A DNA stretch of 64,000 nucleotides from Candidatus Latescibacterota bacterium. Lineage in GTDB: Bacteria > Latescibacterota > UBA2968. Below the pieces are notes generated by a model that saw nothing but the letters and a program-made list of their open reading frames with translations, had not been told where the DNA came from and did no database searches. The stretch covers positions 1,952,001-2,016,000 of the forward strand of contig OZ242010.1 in NCBI GenBank assembly GCA_965204745.1. Direction: 5' to 3'. Position 1 is the stretch's first letter. Each line of letters begins with the position of its first letter. Position numbers and translations under genes: made by a program. Below are positions 18,601-27,559 of the stretch, piece after piece.

Positions 18601-21055
18601 GGTTGATTTTACGTGGACGCCCGAAGATGATGTTGAAGGGGTTGTGTCGGAGGATAGTGATACGCTGACGCTTACCTCCAGCAGTGCGGCTACTGTGACA
18701 GTGTCGGCCAGTGCTGCTGACGACAAAATCACAGCCGACCCAATCACCATTCGGTTTACTGAACCTCAACCCCGACTTGTGTCGGATGTCGGTAACGCAG
18801 TCGTGATCCCACTTGCAGGTAGTGCTGTGGCGACGATTACAGCCATAGATTTCCCTGCTGGTGATGTGATTACGTTCGATGTAGATATAGTTACAGACGG
18901 TTCGGCTAAGGTTGAACAGTCGGCGGAAAATACTGTCCTGACCTTGACCGCTAGTGGTTCTGGTTCTGCTACTGTGACAGTGAGGGCCAGTTCTGGCGAA
19001 GGTGAGGACCTGATAACCGCCGCACCTGCGATCATTCAGTTTGATCCTCCTGGACCTCGACCTGCTCTGGTGTCGGATGTAGATGAATACGTGATTCCAC
19101 CTGATGGCGATGTTGTGGCGACGCTTACAGCCATGAATTTCCCCGAAGGTGCTACTATTGCGTTCAACTGGATAACAGTAGATGCAGAGGGGCCGGAAGT
19201 TACGATTGATGAGGGGTCAGAAGGTGCTGTTCTGACCTTGACCGCCAGTGGTTCTGGTACGGCAAAAGTTGAAGTGAGGGCAACTGATGGTGCGATCTCT
19301 GTTGCAGATACCATTCAGTTTATTCAGCCTTCCCTCATGCTCGCATCGGATGCAGAAGATAACCAAGTCTTGATTCCGCATAATGCCAGTGCGACGGTTA
19401 CGGTTACAGCCGAGGGTTCTCTTCCTACCGGTGCTACGGTTGATTTTACGTGGACGCCCGAAGATGGTGTTGAAGGGGTTGTGTCGGAGGATAGTGATAC
19501 GCTGACGCTTACCTCCAGCAGTGCGGCTACTGTGACAGTGTCGGCCAGTGCTGCTGACGGCAAAATCACAGCCGACCCAATCACCATTCGGTTTACTGAA
19601 CCTCAACCCCGACTTGTGTCGGATGTCGGTAACGCAGTCGTGATCCCACTTGCAGGTAGTGTTGTGGCGACGATTACAGCCATAGATTTCCCTGCCGATG
19701 CTGATGTTAAATTTGAACTGACAAAAGATGTAGACGAGTCGGTTACAATTGACCAGCAGATACGTCCCCGTGAAGTGGTTTTAACTGTCCAGGGTTCTGG
19801 TTCTGCTACTGTGACAGTGAGGGCCAGTTCTGGTGAAGGCGAGAATATGATCACCGCATCTGCTACCATTCGGTTTGATCACGCAAGGCTTGTGTCGGAT
19901 TCGGATGCAAATAAATATGTGATCCCACCTGATAGCAGTGTTGTAGCTACGATTACAGCAGTAGGTTTTCCTGAAGATGTTGGGATTACATATGAATGGG
20001 TTCGGGTTGTGGCAGATGGACCGGAAGTTACGATTGATGAGACGGTAGAAGGTGAAGTCCTGACCTTGACCGCCAGGGGTTCTGGTGAAGTTACTGTGAT
20101 GGTGCAGGGCACAGGGGGCGACATAACTCGTGAAATCACCATTCAGTTTGGTCAACCTCTACCTCCTGATCCTCCTGATCCTCCTGATCCTCCTGGTCTT
20201 AGTGTTGATCAAGATGTCTCGGATGAAATAGTCACTCTTCCGGGTGGTGGTATTCCTGCAAGAGTTCGGGTTACAGCAGAGAATTTCCCTGCCGATGCTG
20301 AGATTACATTCAGTGTGGAGAGTGTAGGTAACGCTACGGTTGAACATTCGCAGGATGGTGCTGTACTTACTCTGGAAGTTACTGGTCCTGGTGCGGCGAT
20401 TGTAACAGTGATGGCCACAGATGGCGCCACAACGTTTGAGAAAACCATTCAGTTTGACGAGCAGGTTGCCGTCGAATTGTCGTCTTTTGTCGGCGAGGTG
20501 GTCGAAAAGCGCGTGGTGCTCAACTGGGCGACGGTTTCGCAGACCAACAACGCGGGGTTCCGCGTGCTTCGCAGCACGGATCGGGAAACCTACGAAGTGG
20601 TCAGTGAATTGATCGCCGGTGCAGGTACGACCGATCAGTTGATGGATTACACGTTTGAAGATGCCGACTTGCCCGCTGTTGAACTCGTTTATTACGTGCT
20701 CGAGCAGATCGACATCGATGGCACGGTGCATCGTTCAGACCCCATCGAGGTGCTGTTGGGGGCGCGGTTCTTGTTGCCCACGGAATTTGCCTCGTCTGTT
20801 TATCCCAATCCGTTTAACCCGAGCACGACCATTTCCTACGATCTGCCCGTTGATGCCGATGTTTCTATCGTCATTTACGACGCGATTGGTCAGGAAATTC
20901 GTCAACTCGTCAGCGAGTATCGCGCAGCGGGTCGGTATAACGTCCGGTGGGATTCCAAAGACCATCTCGGTCGTAGCGTTGGTAGCGGCGTTTATATCGC
21001 CAAAATCAAGGCGGGTCAGCATACGGCCCTTCAAAAGATGTTGCTGTTGAAGTAA
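15632..21055 (+). CDS. Giant acidic secreted repeat protein (1807 aa): cohesin-like N-terminal domains, Pro/Thr linker, many 80-95-aa Ig-like repeats, FlgD/T9SS-type C-terminal domain
   Basis: RBS AAGGAG; signal peptide; repeated GAVLTLTASGSG.ATVTV.A; (PPD)n linkers; AVELSSF...LNW.T..QTNNAGF; YPNPFNPST...KMLLLK. Confidence 0.9.
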   Translation: MLKKGLLFITALALLAFVGQASAGPNANAVLSLDIDASDNKMDDGNTSGTVEGAGTDVVVEVFITGLAGPISGGTLSFNTDMLTVKSVAVGAGFLLGTTDQTASIGILPAATLTNGHFATVTFTTASDVTGREFTVGASVNNLAAGDGSTDMLTAATSLTFNASTTQPPMPPTPPTPMPPTSTVGPALDIGTSSNGMNDGNVSINAEAGSTVVVEVFAGANLSPIGGGSITFSQAIGEVNFAQDNWQIVGGLKDGGKKVDFSALNGGLATLNAEGFLGAVSFTVASVPATISIEQLVLAFESGADTLSVSNVAVTILPPTQFRLTASEEMATIPYGGSAMITLTAEGFAEDAFIDFTVDPDVLERLAEGAVLTLTATSAATVTVTASVGEDSTNPVTVEFVEGPRPPHLISDRESPVTIPHDSSVTVTVTAVDFDGIVRWPDLPAGAEVRGNTVTLTVSDAATVTVMARDDSNNQDELTIEFLHAPYLEADTDMVLVHRDSSVATGMATVTAMGFDEDADINFTVEPMDAVVESQEGAVLTLTASDATTVMVTASDGRVTTSPISIEFQLDPYLRADKDSPVEIPPDSSVVVKVTAMDYPADANISFDSSQTSTEGDADTDLVEFNDDKYALLTVSGSGSTTVTVEATDGTTTRTVTVQFIQPVKLELSEELSDSLISTLKEGSVTGTVTALHFPDDAALDFGVEVVETEDGAEVESSQDGAVLTLIASGSGSATVTVTVSSDKYEHLTVDPITLQFIHPRLVADADSLIIEPGSTAVATIVAKDFPADADVKFELTKDVDESVTIDQQIRPREVVLTVQGSGSATVTVRASSGEGEDLITAAPAIIQFDPPDPPDPPDPPGPRPALVSDADEYVIPPDGDVVATLTAMNFPEGATIAFNWITVDAEGPEVTIDEGSEGAVLTLTASGSGTAKVEVRATDGAISVADTIQFIQPSLMLASDAEDNQVLIPHNASATVTVTAEGSLPTGATVDFTWTPEDDVEGVVSEDSDTLTLTSSSAATVTVSASAADDKITADPITIRFTEPQPRLVSDVGNAVVIPLAGSAVATITAIDFPAGDVITFDVDIVTDGSAKVEQSAENTVLTLTASGSGSATVTVRASSGEGEDLITAAPAIIQFDPPGPRPALVSDVDEYVIPPDGDVVATLTAMNFPEGATIAFNWITVDAEGPEVTIDEGSEGAVLTLTASGSGTAKVEVRATDGAISVADTIQFIQPSLMLASDAEDNQVLIPHNASATVTVTAEGSLPTGATVDFTWTPEDGVEGVVSEDSDTLTLTSSSAATVTVSASAADGKITADPITIRFTEPQPRLVSDVGNAVVIPLAGSVVATITAIDFPADADVKFELTKDVDESVTIDQQIRPREVVLTVQGSGSATVTVRASSGEGENMITASATIRFDHARLVSDSDANKYVIPPDSSVVATITAVGFPEDVGITYEWVRVVADGPEVTIDETVEGEVLTLTARGSGEVTVMVQGTGGDITREITIQFGQPLPPDPPDPPDPPGLSVDQDVSDEIVTLPGGGIPARVRVTAENFPADAEITFSVESVGNATVEHSQDGAVLTLEVTGPGAAIVTVMATDGATTFEKTIQFDEQVAVELSSFVGEVVEKRVVLNWATVSQTNNAGFRVLRSTDRETYEVVSELIAGAGTTDQLMDYTFEDADLPAVELVYYVLEQIDIDGTVHRSDPIEVLLGARFLLPTEFASSVYPNPFNPSTTISYDLPVDADVSIVIYDAIGQEIRQLVSEYRAAGRYNVRWDSKDHLGRSVGSGVYIAKIKAGQHTALQKMLLLK
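18215..19695 (+). repeat. Near-identical intragenic duplication, period 837 bp (279 aa)
   Basis: GGACCTCGACCTGCTCTGGTGTCGGATG at 18215 and 19052; matching antisense ORFs are offset by 837. Confidence 0.9.
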
Positions 21056-21073
21056 GTTGCTGTTAAGCGATTC

Positions 21074-21111
21074 AAAAAGGCCATTGGGCATATTGTCCAG
21101 TGGCCTTTTTT
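21074..21111 (+). terminator. Intrinsic terminator
   Basis: AAAAAGGCCATTGG-loop-CCAGTGGCCTTTTTT. Confidence 0.8.
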
Positions 21112-21252
21112 ATTGCCATAAGGCAAAGGTAAAACTATATTCGGCGCGTTGTGAGGTGTAATCAGTCCAAGGCGATGGGCTTGCCGCTCGTTTTGCTGAC
21201 CGACGAGACGCGGAGCCCGAACCTTTATCTGAACGGACAAATTTGAAAGGAG

Positions 21253-22269
21253 ATGGCGATGGCGCAGAAAGTGCGAATGGGGTTGATTGGGTGTGGTGGT
21301 AATATGGGCGGGCATATTCGGCGGCTGATGGATATGTCGGATGTGGAGGTCGTGGCGTTGGTCGATCCGAGTGAGGCGAGTTTTGCGCGGTTGTTCGAGC
21401 GCGTGCCCCAAGCCGAGAAGTTGCCGCGATTTGCGGATCACGAGGAGATGCTCGCCACTGTGGAGATGGATGCGACCGAGATTTCAACACCGCATACCTT
21501 GCACTTTGAACAGATTATGGACAGTTTGGACAAGGGCCTGCATGTGTTGACGGAGAAGCCGATGGTTTGCTCGGTGGATCACGCGCTTCAGGTGATGGGT
21601 AAGGCAGAGGAAGTCAATCGCATTTTGATGGTGTCTTACCAGCGGCATTTTGCCCCGGCGTTTCGGTTTATTCGCAACCAGATTCGGGCCGGGGAACTCG
21701 GCGAGATTCAGTTTATACAGGCGATGCAAGACCAACACTGGTACGAAAATCAGCAGGGCAAATGGCGGCAGGTTCACGCCTTGTCGGGCGGGGGGCAACT
21801 CAATGATTCGGGTAGCCACTTATTGGATATCGTGCTGTGGATGGTGGATCAAGAACCTGAGCGCGTGTCGGCATTTATGGAGAATTTGGATACGGAAGTG
21901 GATGTCAATTCCGCGCTGTCAATCGCGTTTGCCAATGGCGCGTTGGCGAATTTTTCGATTGTGGGCACGGGCCCCGGGCCGGGGATGTGGGAAGACATTA
22001 CGATTTGGGGTAGCAAGGGCGCGATTTATTCTCGCAATGGCAAGGTGACGTGCAAGTACGGTGGCAAGGCCCCGGTGGAGGTCGATGCCGCTGGGTTGCC
22101 GTCTCGGTTTGTCAGCCCGGATCAAAATTTCGTGGATGCGATTTTGGGGCGCGATGAGGTTCAGGTGCCCCCGGTGTGCGGGTTGCGCGTGATCCAGTTG
22201 ACGGAAGCGGCGTGGGAATCCGCCGCAAAGGGCGGGCAACCGGTGCGCGTGAAGCGCGTGAGAGGGTGA
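21253..22269 (+). CDS. Gfo/Idh/MocA family oxidoreductase
   Basis: RMGLIGCGG, TP..LH, GLHVLTEKPM, GGG.L.D.GSHLLD. Confidence 0.92.
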   Translation: MAMAQKVRMGLIGCGGNMGGHIRRLMDMSDVEVVALVDPSEASFARLFERVPQAEKLPRFADHEEMLATVEMDATEISTPHTLHFEQIMDSLDKGLHVLTEKPMVCSVDHALQVMGKAEEVNRILMVSYQRHFAPAFRFIRNQIRAGELGEIQFIQAMQDQHWYENQQGKWRQVHALSGGGQLNDSGSHLLDIVLWMVDQEPERVSAFMENLDTEVDVNSALSIAFANGALANFSIVGTGPGPGMWEDITIWGSKGAIYSRNGKVTCKYGGKAPVEVDAAGLPSRFVSPDQNFVDAILGRDEVQVPPVCGLRVIQLTEAAWESAAKGGQPVRVKRVRG

Positions 22270-22303
22270 CGCAACAGGCGAGCAAAGAATTGGAGGTGGC
22301 GAT

Positions 22304-23320
22304 ATGAGGGCGTACACTGCATTGATCTCGTGTGTTTTTTTGCTGAACCTCTCGGATATTTCGGAGGTTCAGGCCCAACCCGTGACGTTGAAGCTCGACC
22401 ATCCAGAAGGGCGCACGGTGCAATACAAACACACGCATAGACTTTTTTATTTTAGCAATCAGGCCGAAATTTTGTTTGGCGTGCAGGAAATGGGGGCCGA
22501 TATCGACGATGAGGGCAATTTTAATTTTTCGTCGGATTTTTCGAGGGGCGCATCGTTTGAAATGGATATAAGCGGAGAATGGGTCAGCCGCGAAGTGGTG
22601 GTGCCCCTCGCAGAGGATCATCCCGATTCCTCGATGGAGGTGGCACGCATCAAGGCGACCATTTTGTCTGCGGACAGCCGCGCTGTTTTGGCGGGTGATC
22701 GGTTGACGTATGAACAATATCCAGATACGTTTGAAAAATTCAAAGATCGGGAGTTTGTTTGGTTTGTCGATTCAGAAGGCCAGATACTCAATTTTGAACC
22801 CGAATTTTACCCCCACAGGCTCGGGCGCGAGGATCTGGTGACAGACCTTTTTCTCGCCTGGGTTCCCGAATACAGTTTGACCCTGCCAGATAAACCCATT
22901 TCCAAAGGCGATACTTGGGATGGAGAGGGTGTTTTCAGCCGGCGAATCGAGTATCGCCGGTTGTCCAATCAAGATGTATTCCTAAACTATAAGAGCACGT
23001 ATCGCGTCAAAGACATCAAAAGGAGCAAAAAGAGGGTTGAAGTTAAAATCGAGGAGACACGAGAGGTTTCTTACAAGACGTGGATCGACCTTAAAAGGGC
23101 CTCCTTTGTCGTTGATGGCAAAGGCTCGGGCAATGGGGAATGGGTCCTTGACGCGACGCGGGGATTGGTCTTGGAGCACAAAGTGAAGTTCGACGTCAAC
23201 CGCCCAAAGGTGATGAAAGGGTTTGTCGATGCCGAAGGCAATCTCGCTGTAATTCCCGATATGGTGGCTGAAATAAAGATAAATTTTGAACGCAAACTCA
23301 AGAAAATAGAAAAAGAGTAA
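22304..23320 (+). CDS. Hypothetical exported beta-rich protein
   Basis: RBS GGAGG; signal-like N-terminus; LPDKPISKGDTW motif; continuous 338-aa ORF. Confidence 0.7.
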   Translation: MRAYTALISCVFLLNLSDISEVQAQPVTLKLDHPEGRTVQYKHTHRLFYFSNQAEILFGVQEMGADIDDEGNFNFSSDFSRGASFEMDISGEWVSREVVVPLAEDHPDSSMEVARIKATILSADSRAVLAGDRLTYEQYPDTFEKFKDREFVWFVDSEGQILNFEPEFYPHRLGREDLVTDLFLAWVPEYSLTLPDKPISKGDTWDGEGVFSRRIEYRRLSNQDVFLNYKSTYRVKDIKRSKKRVEVKIEETREVSYKTWIDLKRASFVVDGKGSGNGEWVLDATRGLVLEHKVKFDVNRPKVMKGFVDAEGNLAVIPDMVAEIKINFERKLKKIEKE

Positions 23321-23332
23321 GCGACCCTCTGA

Positions 23333-23590
23333 TAACGGGGGCCGGGGGGTAGGTCCCATTAAAACGGGACCTACCCCCCAACCCCCGTTACTTGCTTCGC
23401 TTCGTTGTAGGCTACGCCTGTGCCTGCGAGGAAGGGGGGAACGAGGATCGGTTTTGCGAGGGATGGGGTGAGGGATTTTTAATCGCTTTATGCCCTCTGT
23501 CAACGCGCCATCAGAGTAGCTATTGATATAAGCCTTCAAAGGAGCTTTGCTCCCCTTTCCTCGTAGGAAAGGGGCCGGGGGATAGGTCCC
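23333..23590. repeat. GGGACC palindromic element copy with internal insert, preceded by a short inverted half
   Basis: GGGACCTACCCCCC at 23366 to GGGGGATAGGTCCC at 23590; insert GTTACTTGCTTCGCTTCGTTGTAGGCTACGCCTGTG is also present inverted at 46568-46640. Confidence 0.8.
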
Positions 23591-23617
23591 AAAAAAAATC
23601 GTTGAAATGGAGAGCCG

Positions 23618-24088
23618 ATGAAATCATTGGCGTATTTTCCCGAAACCGATACGCTTCACATCACATTGAGTTCGACGCCTGCCTCTGGTGGCGCGGAAAA
23701 TGCCGGCGCAGATGGCGAACATCAAGATGTGATTCTGTCCTATAATGATAGAGACAAATTGGTCTCTATCACGATTGAAAATGCCAGTACAGGCGTCGAT
23801 CTCGATGACATCCTTTCGGGGCGCGGAAAAATTGTACGCGGCGAAACCGAAGTCATTTATTCGGTTTCAGAACTGGCGGGAAAATTGGACATAATACCAC
23901 GCGCATTACGCAAGATCATCCATTCGATGCGGGCTTCGGGAATCCAGGTCGGCAGACGACGAGGGCCCACCTATCCCATGATTTTGTCTGAACAGGACGC
24001 ACAAAAAATTGTGCAATGGCGCGATGCACATCCAAAAGACTGGCAGAAACTGGCGCGTAATGCGTCTAAACCGTGGAAAAATTTTTAG
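23618..24088 (+). CDS. DUF2283-like domain fused to a putative HTH DNA-binding domain
   Basis: Y.PETDTLHI...DVILSY....LVSITIENAS (DUF2283-like); YSVSELAGKLDIIPRALRK (HTH-like). Confidence 0.65.
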   Translation: MKSLAYFPETDTLHITLSSTPASGGAENAGADGEHQDVILSYNDRDKLVSITIENASTGVDLDDILSGRGKIVRGETEVIYSVSELAGKLDIIPRALRKIIHSMRASGIQVGRRRGPTYPMILSEQDAQKIVQWRDAHPKDWQKLARNASKPWKNF

Positions 24089-24147
24089 GCTGGGTGGCAT
24101 TGCAAATCCCAAAGTTAGTCCATTCCGATCCCGGAAGGGAGGTATCC

Positions 24148-25857
24148 GTGATTCATACCAACGATTCTGATCGGCCGCGCAAGTCCCCTGAAGATTTTCT
24201 TCAGGATTATGTGGATATGCAGCACACGTTTCAGTCCTTGTCGATTATCGACCAAATTTTGATGACGATGGATGAACGAGATCGGCGGCGGCCCTTGTTG
24301 TACCAGCTTCGGCGCCAACTTCAGGAAGACGAGATCACGTTTGAAGAGGCCCGGCGCACCATTGTCGAGTTGGAAGGCGCGCTGGAGAAAGTGACCGCGC
24401 CTGCCAATCGCGTGGGCACGCTGTTGTCGCCTGCGGAGAATGGCGTTGCCTATATTACGGTGGGTGGGGCAGAGTATTATGCCAATGTGGATACGCGGTT
24501 GGACGAGCGCGATTTGAAGGTGGGCACGCGGGTGCTGGTCAATGAGGCATTTGCCGTGGTGGGGGATATGGGCGAGTCGCCGTCCGGAACCGTGGGCAAA
24601 ATTGTCAATGTGCTCGATGACGGGCGTTTGCTGGTGGGGCAAGACCACGGCTCTCAGTCGCATGTGCTGTTGCGCGGCGCGGATTTGGAGGCCGAGGCTT
24701 TGAAGGCCGGAGAGGAGGTTCGCATCGACCCGCAGTTTCGCGTTGCGCTAGAGAAGATGGCGCAGTCGGAGGTCGAGGATTATTATTTGGAGGAAGTTCC
24801 CGACTTGCCATGGAAAAAAATAGGCGGGCACGAGGATGCGATTCAAGCGATTAAAGATACGATTGAGATGCCGGTGTTGCACCCCGAGTTGTTCGAGCGG
24901 TTTCAGTACAGCACGCCCAAGGGCTTTTTGCTGTACGGCCCGCCGGGATGTGGCAAGACCCTGATCGGGAAGGCCACGGCGTACAATCTCGAGAAGCAGG
25001 TGCAGGAAGACGGGTTGGATCTCAAGGCGTGTTTTATGCACATTAAGGGGCCCGAGATTTTGAACATGTGGTTGGGGGAATCCGAGCGCAAGGTGCGCGA
25101 GATTTTTGCACAAGCGCGTGAAAAGCGGCGCGAGGGGTTTTTGCCAGTGGTGTTTATCGACGAGGCCGAGTCCGTGTTGGGCACGCGGCGGGCGATTCGG
25201 TCGCCCAATATTTCCAATACGGTCGTGCCCATGTTTTGCTCGGAGATGGATGGGATCGAGTCGTTGCAAGATGTGGTGATTATTTTGACGTCCAATCGCC
25301 CGGATTTGATCGATCCCGCGATTTTGCGCCCGGGGCGGATCGACCGCAAGATCAAGGTGAATCGACCGGAGGAGGATGCCGCAGGCGAGATTTTGGGCAT
25401 TTATTTGACACCCGATTTGCCAATCGCCAAGGCCGAGTTGGACGCGCACAATGGCGACGCAACGGCCGCGGTTGACGATCTCGTGGCGCGCACTATCGCC
25501 GAGATTTTTGCCAAGCGAGATGATACGCGCTTTTTGGAGGTCACGCTTCGGAGCGGGCGAAAAGAGGTGTTGAGCCGCGGGGATTTATGTAGCGGGGCCA
25601 TTCTCGAGTCGATAGTGAAACGCGCTAAGGAGATCGCGATTAAGCGGTCCATTGCGGTCGGCGCGGAAAAGGGGATCGGCTTTGACGATATGCTCGCGGC
25701 GGTTGAGACCGAGTACGGCGAGAATGAAATTTTCCCGCCGACTGACAATACCGAAGACTGGTTGAAGTTGCTCGATTACGATCCCGAAAACGTGGTGCGC
25801 GCAATGCCTGTCCGCCCAAGGCGATCACAACGCATTCAGCGACAGAGCGTGATTTGA
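24148..25857 (+). CDS. arc: Proteasome-associated AAA ATPase (ARC/Mpa family)
   Basis: N-terminal coiled coil and OB domains; PKGFLLYGPPGCGKTLIGKA; IKGPEILN.WLGESER; VFIDEAES; SNRPDLIDPAILRPGRID; GTG start after GGAGG. Confidence 0.93.
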   Translation: MIHTNDSDRPRKSPEDFLQDYVDMQHTFQSLSIIDQILMTMDERDRRRPLLYQLRRQLQEDEITFEEARRTIVELEGALEKVTAPANRVGTLLSPAENGVAYITVGGAEYYANVDTRLDERDLKVGTRVLVNEAFAVVGDMGESPSGTVGKIVNVLDDGRLLVGQDHGSQSHVLLRGADLEAEALKAGEEVRIDPQFRVALEKMAQSEVEDYYLEEVPDLPWKKIGGHEDAIQAIKDTIEMPVLHPELFERFQYSTPKGFLLYGPPGCGKTLIGKATAYNLEKQVQEDGLDLKACFMHIKGPEILNMWLGESERKVREIFAQAREKRREGFLPVVFIDEAESVLGTRRAIRSPNISNTVVPMFCSEMDGIESLQDVVIILTSNRPDLIDPAILRPGRIDRKIKVNRPEEDAAGEILGIYLTPDLPIAKAELDAHNGDATAAVDDLVARTIAEIFAKRDDTRFLEVTLRSGRKEVLSRGDLCSGAILESIVKRAKEIAIKRSIAVGAEKGIGFDDMLAAVETEYGENEIFPPTDNTEDWLKLLDYDPENVVRAMPVRPRRSQRIQRQSVI

Positions 25858-25870
25858 GGTGAGACGGGAT

Positions 25871-25958
25871 TTTAGCCACAAAAGGCACGAGCGGGGTACA
25901 ACTGGCGATAGCCAGTTCAAAGGCACAAAAGGGGTACAATGGCGATAGCCAGTTCAAA
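25871..25958. repeat. Second copy of the AAAAGGCAC / ACTGGCGATAGCCAGT repeat, with partial tandem duplication
   Basis: Matches 1369-1453. Confidence 0.75.
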
Positions 25959-26005
25959 TCTTACCTCTCCCCGAAGGGGGTTGGGCGGGGTGGAAACTGA
26001 CCACT

Positions 26006-27559
26006 ATGAAACGTTTATTTGGCTTGGAAACGGAATACGGCATCACGATTGACGGCGTGGATACGGTCGATGTCGTCGAGGAATCGATGCAGTTGATTCG
26101 GTGCTATCAACAAGACCCGTTTGTGCCGCTGTGGGATTATCAACTGGAAAATCCGCGCAGGGATGATCGGGGGTTCGAGGTGAAGAATCTGTTGAATGAC
26201 GCCGATGAAAAGGTGCATGTACAACGCGACCGCAAGCGCAAAATTGCGTTTGCAGAATTGAAGAGCGATTTGATCATTTACAATGGCGCGCGGTTTTACA
26301 ACGATCATACGCATCCCGAGTTTTCCACAGGTGAGTGCTTGGGGCTGTTTGAACTCGTGGCGCAGGACAAGGCCGGAGAGCGCGTGGTCGATATTTGCGC
26401 GCGCAGGCGCACGGAGATGCTCGATAGGGGCACGGTGCGGATGTATAAGAACAATACGGATTTTGAAGGGCATAGCTACGGGTGTCACGAAAATTATTTG
26501 ATGGATCGCGCGGTGCCGTTCGAGCGGATCTTGGCGGGGTTGTTGCCGTTTTTTGCGACGCGGCAAATTTATTGCGGCGCGGGCAAGGTGGGCGTGGAGC
26601 GGGAAGACAGGGCGGCGATTTACCAACTGTCGCAGCGCGCGGAATTTTTTGAGGTGATCGCGAGCGTGGATACGATGCACAAGCGGCCCGTGGTCAATAC
26701 GCGCGATGAACCCCACGCAGATGCTACGCGCTACCGCCGGTTGCATGTGATTGTGGGCGATGCGAATATGTCGGAATACGCCACCGCGCTCAAGGTGGGG
26801 ACGACGGCATTGGTGATCGATTTGATCGAGGCCAATTATTTGCCGGATTACCGGCTCAAAGATCCGATTGCGGCGATGAAGAATATCGCGCGGGATCAAA
26901 CCCATGAGTGGTTGGTGGAAGTCGAGGGGGCGGGCAATCGCTTGGTGCCAGCGGTTGAGATTCAGGATGCGTTTTTGACTTTGGCCCGCCGCGAGTTTGC
27001 AGGGCGCGACCGAGAGACGGATTGGGTGTTGGCGGCGTGGGATGATGTGCTGGAAAAATTGCGCCGCGATCCGAATGATCTGGTGGGCACCTGCGATTGG
27101 GTGACGAAGAAGTGGCTGATTGACCGGTTTTGCGACGAGGAAAATTTGGCGTGGGACAATCCCGACGATTTGTTCTGGATGCAGAGTCAGGATTTGGAAT
27201 ACAGCAATGTGGATCGAGAATCCGGGTTGTACTATTTGTTGGAATCCCAAGGGTATATGGTGCGACTGGTGGGGGATGATGAGATCGCCACGGCGATGTC
27301 CGAACCCCCTTCGGGCACGCGGGCGTATTTTCGGGGGCGCAGTTTGGAAAAGTTCGGGGAATACGTGTCGTCGATCAATTGGGATCGCATCGTGTTTAAG
27401 CACAATGGGCGCCAGCATCCGGTAGATATGAAGCTGTTGGTGGATGCCGAGCGCGTGCGGCATTACAATGACGTGTTGGATCAGGCAGAGACTTTGGAGG
27501 CTTTTTTGCAGGCTTTGCACGAGGTGGAGCGTTTTCTTAAGGAGGCCGGAGATGGATAA
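26006..27559 (+). CDS. dop: Dop-type deamidase/deconjugase (PafA2 family)
   Basis: GLETEYGI; Dop-loop WDY..E.PRRD.RGF; NGARFYNDHTHPEFST; KNNTD..G.SYGCHENY; NTRDEPHAD; RRLHVIVGD. Confidence 0.9.
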   Translation: MKRLFGLETEYGITIDGVDTVDVVEESMQLIRCYQQDPFVPLWDYQLENPRRDDRGFEVKNLLNDADEKVHVQRDRKRKIAFAELKSDLIIYNGARFYNDHTHPEFSTGECLGLFELVAQDKAGERVVDICARRRTEMLDRGTVRMYKNNTDFEGHSYGCHENYLMDRAVPFERILAGLLPFFATRQIYCGAGKVGVEREDRAAIYQLSQRAEFFEVIASVDTMHKRPVVNTRDEPHADATRYRRLHVIVGDANMSEYATALKVGTTALVIDLIEANYLPDYRLKDPIAAMKNIARDQTHEWLVEVEGAGNRLVPAVEIQDAFLTLARREFAGRDRETDWVLAAWDDVLEKLRRDPNDLVGTCDWVTKKWLIDRFCDEENLAWDNPDDLFWMQSQDLEYSNVDRESGLYYLLESQGYMVRLVGDDEIATAMSEPPSGTRAYFRGRSLEKFGEYVSSINWDRIVFKHNGRQHPVDMKLLVDAERVRHYNDVLDQAETLEAFLQALHEVERFLKEAGDG

